DNA of 64,000 nt from Lama guanicoe (taxonomy: Eukaryota). Of the stretch, positions 52,230 to 62,332 are shown in pieces; within the stretch, counting starts at the first letter, position 1, and each line of letters begins with the position of its first letter. A program made the translations under genes and the position numbers. Where the stretch lies: positions 8,947,231 through 9,011,230 of the forward strand of contig MU054187.1 of assembly GCA_013239625.1 (NCBI GenBank), read 5' to 3'. The notes under the pieces were generated by a model. It was not told the DNA's origin, ran no database searches, and saw only the letters and a list, made by a program, of their open reading frames with translations.

Positions 52230-53250
52230 GATTCAGTGACACTTCAGAAGCAACAAGTACACCCAGTATCTAGGTTTTGGTTGATTTCTAAATACCATTC
52301 CAGGATTTCTTGAAGAAATGGAGAAATGGCTGACTCTAATGCCAGGGCAGGAAAAATACAAGATCAGCCTGCAGCCTCTTGTAGCTCAAGAAAAAAGGAG
52401 ATGATCAAAAACCAAAAGGACACACGAGCCAACCTTAAAGAGTTTCCAGTGGTCCAGCTGGAACAATTTGAGCAACAATATAAAAATCATAATATAAAAT
52501 ATAAAATGAAGTATTAAATATACATGAGAATGTATAAATAAATGAATGGAGGGGTGTGGAAGAGACTAATCTCCCTTACAGGAGAGTTCCAAATAATTTA
52601 TATAGATATTCTGCTCCAGAGGTTGAAGCTTAACCTCCTACTCTCCTTCAGTGTGGGCTAGATTTAGTGACATGCGTCTAAAGAAAAGAATGTGGAAAGA
52701 CGGAAAAACTTTACGGTGGAGAAACTAGGGATCACTACCATGGTCAGGTGATGAAGGTTAACATTGGCAGTAATAAGCCATCCTGCACGCCAGTATTACA
52801 TGATGAGAAGGGCATCTCACCCATGTGGTACTTTTCTCAAACTTTATCATCCCACTTACTTACGAGAAAAACACTAGGAAAATTCAAATCGAGGGACATT
52901 TTAGAAAATACCTGACCAGACTTCTCAAAACTGTCATGGTCATACCAAGGTTATAAAAAACAAGGAAAGACAGAAACTTTGACAGACCAGAGGAGTCTAA
53001 AAAGATATGATGACTAAATGCAATGTGGCACCTTAGATTAGATTCTTTAACAGAAAAGGGATTAGTAAAACCTGAGTAAAGCTTGGAATTTATACCAGTG
53101 TTGGCTCCTTAGTTTTATAAATACTACGGTAATATGAGATGTTAGCCTTAGGGGAAACTGGGTGGAGTACACAGGAACTTTTTATACTATCTTTGTAACT
53201 TTTTTGTAAATCCAAAATTATTCCAAAATAAAGTTGACTAAAAACAAAAA
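52230..53250 (+). mobile_element. Old L1 3' region (L1MC-like)
   Basis: ttctcaaaactgtcatggtcat...gactaaatgcaatgtgg...ggggaaactggg...aaaattattccaaaataaa. Confidence 0.65.
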
Positions 53251-54739
53251 GTGAAACACCCTGCTTATAATTTTAAAAGTGTGATGACTGAAAGATTTCC
53301 CCCTAGATTAGCTTCTGGCTCAGGAAATTTCAAACCCTCTATCTCTTCCACCAGCCACATAATTCTAGTGCCATGTGTCACAAGACACATCCATTTGTGA
53401 GATGGAATAGAGCAAGGCTAGTTTTGCTGGAAGACATTCCAATACAGGGAGAGCCCAGCAATAACATGATGGAAGTGGCTCAATTTCATCTCAGTTCTTT
53501 CCCTCGCCCAGATCTGCACAATGCCCAGGGCCACTCCAGGAGACCTAGCATGGAGGGAAGTGTGAAGGAAAGGAAGTTGGAATGGAAAGAAAGCCTTATC
53601 CAGTCCCCGCTGAGGAGAGCTTTAAGACATCTTCCTTCTGAAGAGTAGAAAACTGGGTATACTCAGTGCTAGGAGCCCCCCTCCGGTGTTGGAAAGGGCT
53701 GGGGCAAGTCATGGGGCCTGGGTACAAGCTTCATTACCTTCACACAAAACCCACCCTGGAATGATCTCAGGATACACAAATGAACTTTGTCAGAAATGCC
53801 ACAGTGCTTTGCCCTTGCCCCTTTAGCTCAGAAGTTCCTGCTCTTTCATCAGGTCCCAGCCGAAGCATTCACTCTTCCCGGATGTGCTCCCTGAATACCT
53901 GGGGGGCAGGCTAGGCAGGTCTCCCAGGCCCTCTCCAAGACTCCATTGTATCATTTGACTATATAAATTAAGTTTGTTGTTAGCCTGTAGGCTCACTCAG
54001 GGCGTGATTAAACTTTTTAAATTCTTTGTACTGTCATAGTGGGCCCCCAACAAGCCCTTGTTGAGTAAATGAATTAATGCTTTTGCTGAAGGAGGGAAGC
54101 CCTCGCCAGGAATAGACTGGGCACCCAGGATAAGAACATCAGAGTCCGATGGCTGCTGATTGACCTCTGGGATCAACTACAATGGGAGGGTAAGAGAAGC
54201 AGCCAATCAGCAACCGCCTCTTGAAAGGCTATCCAGAAATACAGGTTTCTCAGTCTACATATAAATATTTTATAAGTCCTACACACGTTACCATGCTTAA
54301 TATACTGTTACCTGTAAATGTATTTTCATGACAATTATTTGAAATCCCGTGTCCTAGGATATTCAACTATTAAAAATCACGTCCCAATGAATCAGGCTAA
54401 ACAGATGCTGGAACTGAAGACTTAGTAAAATCCTCATCCATCAGGCACTTTGTACAAACCCACATCCTCACTCTCGCTGAAGACGAATACACCCGGGATA
54501 TGAAGTCTAGTCTGCACAGGCAGGAGATAGGCCAGGTGAACCCAAGCCCTTAAGCGCGAGATGAAAGGGCCCAACGTATGTTAGCTTAACAAGGGCTTAA
54601 GAGTCATCAGCTTCTTCCAAGGTAATACGCACTCGCGGATACATTCAGAATTTGGGCCTTCCTACACATGTAGAGTTTGAGGTTTACAAATCACTTTCCA
54701 GGGCAGAGAGCGAAGACAAAAAGTGAGGTCCACGGGGAA

Positions 54740-55520
54740 AACGCACGCCCCCTAGCCGAGTCCTGCGCATGCGCGCGCGACTAAAGGCGGCCGCCAGCAG
54801 TCCGGCGGCCACCTCGCCTTCCGCTCGCGGCTCTCTGTGCCCGCCTCTCGGCCGGAGGAAGCCGCTGATTGGGCAGTCTGGCCCCGGTTCGGGGCGGAGG
54901 TTGGGAGATTGGCAGCAACGCCCCGGGACAGCGAAACCCGAGGTGCTGAAGACGGCGCTTGGCTGCCGCGCGGCCGAGGTAAAGTGGGGCTAGGGACTCT
55001 GGAGAGCTGTTGGCGGGGGCGAGGAGGCGCCCCGGGGCCTGATGGCGGTGGGAAGCCCTGGCGACTGTCAGGGTAGGAGCTGAAGGAGCCGGGGGCAGGC
55101 TGGCGGGGAGCGCGGCGGGCTCCGCGGGCCGGTTGGGTGTCTGCGCCGCGGCTGAAGGGAAGCGGAGATGTTCTCAGGCGGCCGGGGTGGCTGAGAGCCC
55201 GGGTGGGGCTGGAGCTTGTGTGGGCGGAGGGAATTCGGCCGACCCTCCCGGAAAACTGGGACACCCGCGGCCTTCGATCGATGGTCCGGAGCCCGCAGTT
55301 CGCGCGCTGGCGGCCGGGCGGCGGTCCCAGGGAGGCCCTTTGCGGCGGTTCGTTTGGGTGTTGCTCTTTCCCAGGACTCGGCGGTCCGGACTCCGCGGTG
55401 CACTTCCCGGCCAGGCCCCGGGGCTGCGGGAAGGGAGGGGCGCACCGACCGGGCCGCCTGGGAGGTGTCAGCAGCCTCAGCTGGCTTGCGTTACTGTTTC
55501 CACCTTTCGCCTCGCGAAAC
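54740..55520 (+). promoter_or_regulatory. MTFR1 CpG-island promoter with NRF1 site, CCAAT boxes and GC box
   Basis: Very GC/CpG-rich; TGCGCATGCGCG at 54764-54775 matches the NRF1 consensus YGCGCAYGCGCR; ATTGG at 54868 and 54908; GGGGCGGAG at 54891-54899. Confidence 0.85.
54925..54978 (+). other. MTFR1: MTFR1 non-coding exon 1 (5' end approximate)
   Basis: Donor GAG|gtaaag at 54979, just downstream of the CCAAT/GC-box cluster. Confidence 0.55.
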
Positions 55521-56596
55521 TTCCCACTGTGTCTTCCTGACCAGGACCAAGATTTGCATTAAGCCCCAAAGGAAAAAAAATTGACCTTTGGCCATTGGAA
55601 AATACGTTTTATTATAGGCATCTTCAGATTCTCCAGAGGTCGAGAGGATAGTATAAAGAACTCGGTGTACCCATCACCCAGTGTCAGCAATTATCAATGA
55701 ATGGCCAGCCGTGCTCCCGCTCCCCGGGTTATTTTGAAGTATCGCCGGGGTATATCATCTCTTTTTCATGTTTCTACGAATTTCTCATGATCAGTAATCA
55801 CGTTTCTTTACCAGTCGTTTTGAGTTGAGTAAAATAAGGCACACTTGAAGGCGTAGAGAGCGCCAATTTTGTTTGCTCTCCAAGACTGTGGGCAATTCCC
55901 CGCAGTTTAATTGCCTGGTGCTCAGGTTTTCAAAATGACTGAAAACAAAGGTACCAGATAATCTCGTTTTGGCAGTAGCTTGACTGCTTTTGAGTAGTAA
56001 TAATATTGATAATTTGTATTTACCGAGTTCTTGGTATGTATGAAGCACTGTGAAATTGTTTCCACCTGTTAGTTCATTTAACTTGTATAACTGCTATGTG
56101 AAGTAGGTATTATCCCGTTTTACAGATGATGGGAAAAAGAAGTTAAGAGAGGTTAAGCAATTTGCCTGAGGTCACACTGATGTAAGGGGTAGGGGGCTGG
56201 GATTTAGGATGCTAACCTTGATCACTGCCGAGTTCTTGCTCTTTTAACCATAACTGAATGTCTTAAGAATTGTGGAGTATATGTAACTACGGTAGACAGT
56301 TTTGTTGAGCTTCAAATCCATGATGAGGGGGGGAAAAAACCCTGGGTTTTTGTGAGTACAATAGTAAGGTATTTTTGTTTGCTGGAAAATAAAAGGTTAA
56401 TACAGTTGAATCTGAAGTTCCGAGCAAAATATTTAAGTGCAGTTCAATAAATACAATAAAAAAATTTAATTCTGTAGAATATGGCCAGGCTAGTTAAGAG
56501 GGGAAGGAAAAGGGAAAAATATATATACATACATCAGTGAATAGTCTCTTCTAGCACTTAGCATATACTGGCTGTTTATACTGGATACTTTAATCT

Positions 56597-57686
56597 GGTT
56601 TTTTTGTTTTTTTTTTTATTTTGAAGTATAGTTAATTTACAATGTTATGTTAGTTTCTGTGATAATCTTTTCCATTATAGGTTGTTACAAGTTACTGAAT
56701 ATAGTTCCCTGTGCTATACAGTAGGACCTTGTTTTTTTTAATCTGTTTTAAATATAGTAGTTTATATCTACCAATCCCAGACTCCTAATTTATTCCTCCT
56801 CCCTTCCCCTTTGTCAACCATAAATTTGTTTTCTATGTCTGTGAATCTGCTTCTGTTTTGTAACTAAGTTAATTTGTATCATATTTTAGATCTCACATAA
56901 AGTGGTATCATATGATATTTTCTTCTCTGTCTGATTTACTTAGAATGATAATCTCTAGGTCCATCCAGGTTACTGCAAATGGCATTATTTCATTCTTTTT
57001 TTATGACTGAATAGTCTTCCATTGGGTATATATACCACATATTCTTTATCCATTCACCTGTTGATGGACATTAGGTTGCTTCCATATCTTGGCTATAGAA
57101 GTAAATAGTGCTGCTCTATTTACAATAGCCAAGACATGGAAACAGCCTAAATGTCCATCAACGGATGACTGGATAAAAAGATGTGGTATATTTATACAAT
57201 GGAATACTATTCAGCCATCCAGACTGACAACATAACACCACTTGCAGCAACATGGATGCACATGGAGAATGTCATTCTAAGTGAAGTAAGCCAGATAGAG
57301 AAAGAAAAATACCCTATGAGATCGCTCATATGTGGAATCTAAAAAACAAAAACAAAAAAACAAAGCATAAATACAAAACAGAAATAGACTCATAGACATA
57401 GAATACAAACTTGTGGTTGCCAAGGGGGCAGAAGGTGGGAAGGGATAGACGGGATTTCAAAATTGTAGAATAGATAAACAAGATTATACTGTATAGCACA
57501 GGGAAGTATACACAAGATCTTATGGTAGCTCACAAAGGAAAAAATGTGGCAGTGAATATATATGTGTTCATGTATGACTGAAAAATTGTGCTCTACACTG
57601 GAATTTGACACAACATTGTAAAATGATTATAAATAAAAAATGTTAAGAAGAAGTAAATAGTGCTGCTATGAACATTGGGCTGCATG
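56597..57686 (-). mobile_element. Older L1 3' fragment (antisense), interrupted by a younger L1
   Basis: Poly(T) at 56599-56620 followed by antisense L1 3' UTR/ORF2 end. 15-bp TSD with one mismatch: tggatactttaatct 56582-56596 and tggatattttaatct 57687-57701. Confidence 0.88.
57116..57648 (+). mobile_element. Young 5'-truncated L1 nested in the older L1
   Basis: Closely similar to 18374-18890. Exact 19-bp TSD agaagtaaatagtgctgct at 57097-57115 and 57649-57667. Confidence 0.92.
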
Positions 57687-60089
57687 TGGATATTTTAATC
57701 TATATATAATCCCAATCTTACACTACTCTAAGTGAGTCTCTTCATCCAAATAGTGTTAGGCAAGGACTAGAAAGAGACAGATGGGTTATTCAGAGGACAG
57801 TAGAGAAGACCTGTTAAATTGTTAGGATTCCTACTGTAGGGAAGTAATTCAGAAGTCTAGAAATAATGTTAGACTCATACAAGAAGGAACTTGAGTGCCA
57901 AGTTTCAGGTGTTTGAACTTGAGCAAAGAAGTGACATGATTGTAGCCATATCTCATAGGAAGATAGTGAGCCGGCCGTGTCAAAAATGGCCTCACCTGAG
58001 ATGTAAAGAGATTAGGGAATTGACTTGGTGAATATAAAAGAAATAGATATGGGTAACAGGTGAATTTATGAATGTTAAGGAAAGGAATGAAAAAAAAATC
58101 TGAAAAAGAGAGGAAAAGACAGCGTGGTACAGTGTGGTACAGTGGTGCAGTAGGTTCTGAAGTGCTGGTAAACTTCAGTTTCCAGCTGTTTTCTTGGGCA
58201 TTCTTGGTGATGAATATTATTACTGTATCACTGCTTTTTGAAATGTTAGCTACTGCTCAGCTGTTCATCTGTTCTTTTATATGTTTATTATGTGCTATTG
58301 ATACAAATTATACAATTTAGATAAGCAAGAAAAAAAATGACACTGTAATCTAATCATGTAATGATACAGAAGTGCATAAAAATAAAGGGAAAGTGGAGAA
58401 TTCCATCACCAGGCCTCAGACACAGCCAATGTTATCTTTTAAGATCTTTTCTTGTGTGTATGTGTGTACCTAAAATATCTATTTCACCATTTTTTCTGTG
58501 CTTTATTTTTTAAAAAACAATCGCATATTTTTTTTCATTTAGATTTTTATCATGAAATCCTTTTATGTATACCTTTTTGTTTTAATGGCCATAAACTTAG
58601 AATAGGTATGTTAAATTTATTTTAACTGTTTCCTTATTGAAGGACATTTAGTTTGCCTCTAGATTTTATCTTTTAAAGCTAATGCTTCAGTAAATACCCT
58701 TGCTGGCTTTTGTAGATGTAATTCTTGGTTTGTGGGAGACGGTGAGCTGTGAGTCTCTCTACTCTGCCATCTTGGCCTGAAGCAATTTCTTTTACCCTTA
58801 CTGGTTTTAAAAACTAAACATCTTTACTTACAAAGGTATGATTTACTGAGTTATTCCATAAGGCAATTTTTATACACTTAATATGCAGGGAACAGTAATT
58901 ATTATACAGCCTATCAAAATCACCTTTGTATTGAATTTTCATCATTTAGTTTGGCCTAAGGAGGCACTTTTAGTTAGTGAAAAGTATTACTGACTTCCAA
59001 GTGGTTGTGTGTTTGTTTCTACGTATGTCCAGGATCACTCAAGATATTTGAGCAGTCTTTTCAAAAGAGTCTTATAAAATTGATGCCAGAATACTTAATT
59101 CATTTGCATGGGAATGCTTAAAATGACACTGTAAGGAGACAATTCCTATATCATTGACAGTAGGGTTATAGTTCAGAGATCCTCACGTGAAAATGGCACA
59201 CCTTTAGTTCAAACAGAAAAGTAAGGCTACCTCTAACCTCGTTTATATCAGACAGAGAGAAGGTTAACCTCTAAAAAAAGTTACAGAAAATGTCCTTCAG
59301 AAGTTCGGTTCATATCTAAAACCCATTAATTCGCAAGAATTTTCATCAAATTTTAATTAGCTTGTGTTCTTAGACTTCTTATCTAAACAGTTCTGTTGTT
59401 GGGAGATATACAGGTCATGAGATTTATTCATTTTGTGGACTGAAAAAAATTAAACTTACTACATGTCAGACTCTGTGCTGGGTACTGGGAATGTATCAGT
59501 GTACTTAATTTTGCATGAATAGTATAGGATATTCTAAATTATTACCAGTAAATTGTACCCATAGGTCGAATACTATGTCATTGTTTTATAGTGTGGTAAA
59601 GTCTTCTGAATTAAAGTCTTAGCCAGACTGATGTGAATTATAGAAGTTGTCACTAGACTTGAGTTTCAAGTTTAATGTCCAGAAAGCAGGATAGGATGTT
59701 GCTGTAGAGTTGACAACATTTTATTATAAGTAAACATTAAAAAAAAATTCATCTACTGTCCCCACATCTTTTAAAAAAAGCCATTTTCACACCAAAAAGA
59801 TAAGAAGGACATATTTTCAAAATAAAGGACAGTAACTTTTTTTCCTATCTTTTTTGACAGTAACTTTAAATTGAATACGTTTTTGTTTTCTACTTCACGG
59901 TCCTTATTTTTCTTTTGCGTCATTGTTTGCAACAAGAAGTTTCTGAGGTTTCTATCCTGGCTTCTTACCCAGTGTGAGTTGGCCCGTCCACTCTTACTTA
60001 GATTTCATCTCCTTTTTCTAAGCCAGTGCTCCCTCATCTTTATCTCAAGCCAAAGACTCTCTTCCTGGCAAGAGTAATTTTTAAAAGTA

Positions 60090-60960
60090 TCTTTTAAAAA
60101 CCATCCACTTAAAAAATGAGCAAAAGACACTTCACAAAAAGAACATATCAGGAGGGAGGGTATAGCTCAGTGGTAGAGTGCATGCTCAGCATGCACGAGG
60201 TCCTGGGTTCAATCTCCAGTACCTTCGTTAAAAATAAGTAAATAAGACTAATTACCCCCCAAACAAAAACCAGAAATTAAGAAAAGAACATATCAAAATG
60301 CTCCCCCAAATATGTGAAGAACCCACTAAAATTGCTAAAATTAAAAAGACCTACAATACCAAGTATTGACCATTGACGATACCAAGGATTGTAGAACATT
60401 GGCGCTCTTGCTTGTGGGAGTGTAATTGGTACAACCACCTCAGAAAAGTGTTGGTTTCTATTAAAGGTACAGCTACATGTCTATCTCTGTATACCTTATG
60501 ATCTAGCAGTTTTACTCCTGGGTATATACTCAAAGGAAATTTGTTCTCATGTGTACCTTGCTATTTTATGTGCATGAGTTTTTTCAGCTGCTTTTTTTTT
60601 GGTAGTAGCTAGAAAGTGGAAATAAGCTAAGTGAATTATGGTATAGTACCGCAACAGAATACTACACAGCAGTGAAAAAGAACTGTGACTCACAGAAGAT
60701 GTGTATAAATATTGAAAGAAGTCAGACACAAAAGAGTACATATAGCATGCAAAAGTGATATGCTGTAAAAGTTAGAATTGTGGTTAGATAGGTGAGGCAT
60801 GGATATCAACTGGGTAAAGGCCCAAGGGAGCTTTTGGGGTTCTGGCCTTTATATCTTGACCTTTATATCTTGAGGTTATGCGGGTTTATAAATACATAAA
60901 AATTCATCAAGCTGGACACTTAAAATTTTCTGTGTAAAATACCTCAATTTTTTAAAAAGT
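60090..60960 (+). mobile_element. Old L1 3' relic (L1ME-like)
   Basis: gtgggagtgtaattggtacaaccac; tactcctgggtatatactcaaagg; gaagtcagacacaaaagagtacata. Confidence 0.7.
60151..60281 (+). mobile_element. tRNA-derived SINE (Vic-1-like), inside an old L1
   Basis: gggagggtatagctcagtggtagagtgcatgctcagcatgcacgaggtcctgggttcaatc. 14-bp TSD aaaagaacatatca at 60137-60150 and 60282-60295. Confidence 0.9.
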
Positions 60961-62269
60961 GATACGTTTTCAGATCCTACATAAAACCATCCTTTTTCTC
61001 TGACCACTTTTTTGTCGGTCATTTCCAGCTTTGACGTTGTTTTTGGCCCTTTGCACTTTTTATTCACATTTACTCTCAGTATTCATTCTTATAGGCAATA
61101 ATAGATGTTGGTAACATTAAAACTTTTGTGAGACAGATACATTTTAGTCATGACCGTTTCTTAGTTATCAGTAGATTATGTGTTCTTAGAGTTCTTAAGA
61201 GTACTTAGAACTCTTCCATTACACACTTTCATCTGTCAGTAGGGCTGGGCTCTTTTCTTGTTCATGTTTCACCCCATGTCTGGCATATTTGTGGCACTTT
61301 TATTCTGCCCCCTACCCTGCCATTCTTTGTAATTGTTCATCAAGTTCTCAAAGTGTAGACCACAAGCTTTATTTCTGGTTCACAATGAAATAAGCTTACA
61401 TCAGAATGTAAATCAAATATGTCATTAAGTACACTGCCTTTTTTTTTTTTTTTAAGCCTTCCTTGACATTGATTTATAGTCTGGTGCAAGCTTCTTGTCA
61501 TGCTGGAGACCAACATTTCCAGTAAACTGGCTTATGCCGTATCAGTTAATGATTGTACGAGATAAACAGTATGTTGATGGGCAGGGGAGGAGGGTGAGTG
61601 GCAGGGGTTAGAGTGCCAGTGAGTGTGAGAGGACTTTTTATTTTTGACCTTATAGCATCTGAATTCCTGGTTTATATTTCTGGATTGATTTTGGTGGGAG
61701 GCAGAATCTCCTTGTACCTATAGCCAGGTAGATTTGGCCAAGCAAAAGCTGGCAGTATGGACAGCAACCCAGGAGCCAGTGAACTAGAAAAGTGGGAACT
61801 GGTAGATTCTGTCCTGTCTGGGGTGGTGGAAGCAGTTGCCATGATGTCTTCCCAGACCAGTTCTACTGCCATTTGGGATGTTTTTCCTGGCTGTGTAGCT
61901 TATAAGTCAGGTTCTCCTGAGATTGTTATCTGCTAGGTGTCTTTCCATAAATAAATCAACCACAGTAGTTTTTTTGCTTCCACTTAGAACCCTGCCTGGA
62001 AAAGAAATACTAAAAAAAAAAAAAAAATTAGTTTACTTAAAGCAGATCACAAACAAAATTTGTTTTTTCTTAAGTAAATTTATACACACAAAGGTTTAAG
62101 ATGTTGTAGACTGGGCTTTGTGAGATGTGTTGCAGACAGTAGGGATTCTAAGTAATAATTATTTCACTTTAGTATTTGCATTTTAAAATTTCAGTGTGCT
62201 TTATGGACCATGTGCTGCTATGTATGCCTGCAGTACTTGAAATGCAGATTTGGAAAGACTGCCATCTAA

Positions 62270-62332
62270 ATGCTTGGCTGGATTAAACGCCTAATTAGGA
62301 TGGTTTTTCAACAGGTTGGAAGCATGCAATCG
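62270..62332 (+). CDS. MTFR1: MTFR1 (mitochondrial fission regulator 1) first coding exon (whole exon ~62195-62332); the gene continues beyond the window
   Basis: ATG CTT GGC TGG ATT AAA CGC... = MLGWIKRLIRMVFQQVGSMQS, recognised as the MTFR1 N-terminus. Donor TCG|gtgagt at 62333; acceptor aaaatttcag| at 62194. ARMC1-MTFR1 adjacency matches known mammalian synteny. Confidence 0.93.

Noticed and set aside
54752..55584. Several 120-170 aa ORFs over the MTFR1 island
   Set aside because: Low-complexity GC-driven ORFs; the real MTFR1 start is at 62270.
60158..60225. tRNA-like sequence with A and B boxes
   Set aside because: It has an A-rich tail, a TSD and several diverged copies in the window, so it is a SINE rather than a tRNA gene.
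61187..61214. Small hairpin agagttcttaag-agta-cttagaactct
   Set aside because: An 11-bp stem with a bulge is too short to distinguish from chance and shows no ncRNA features.
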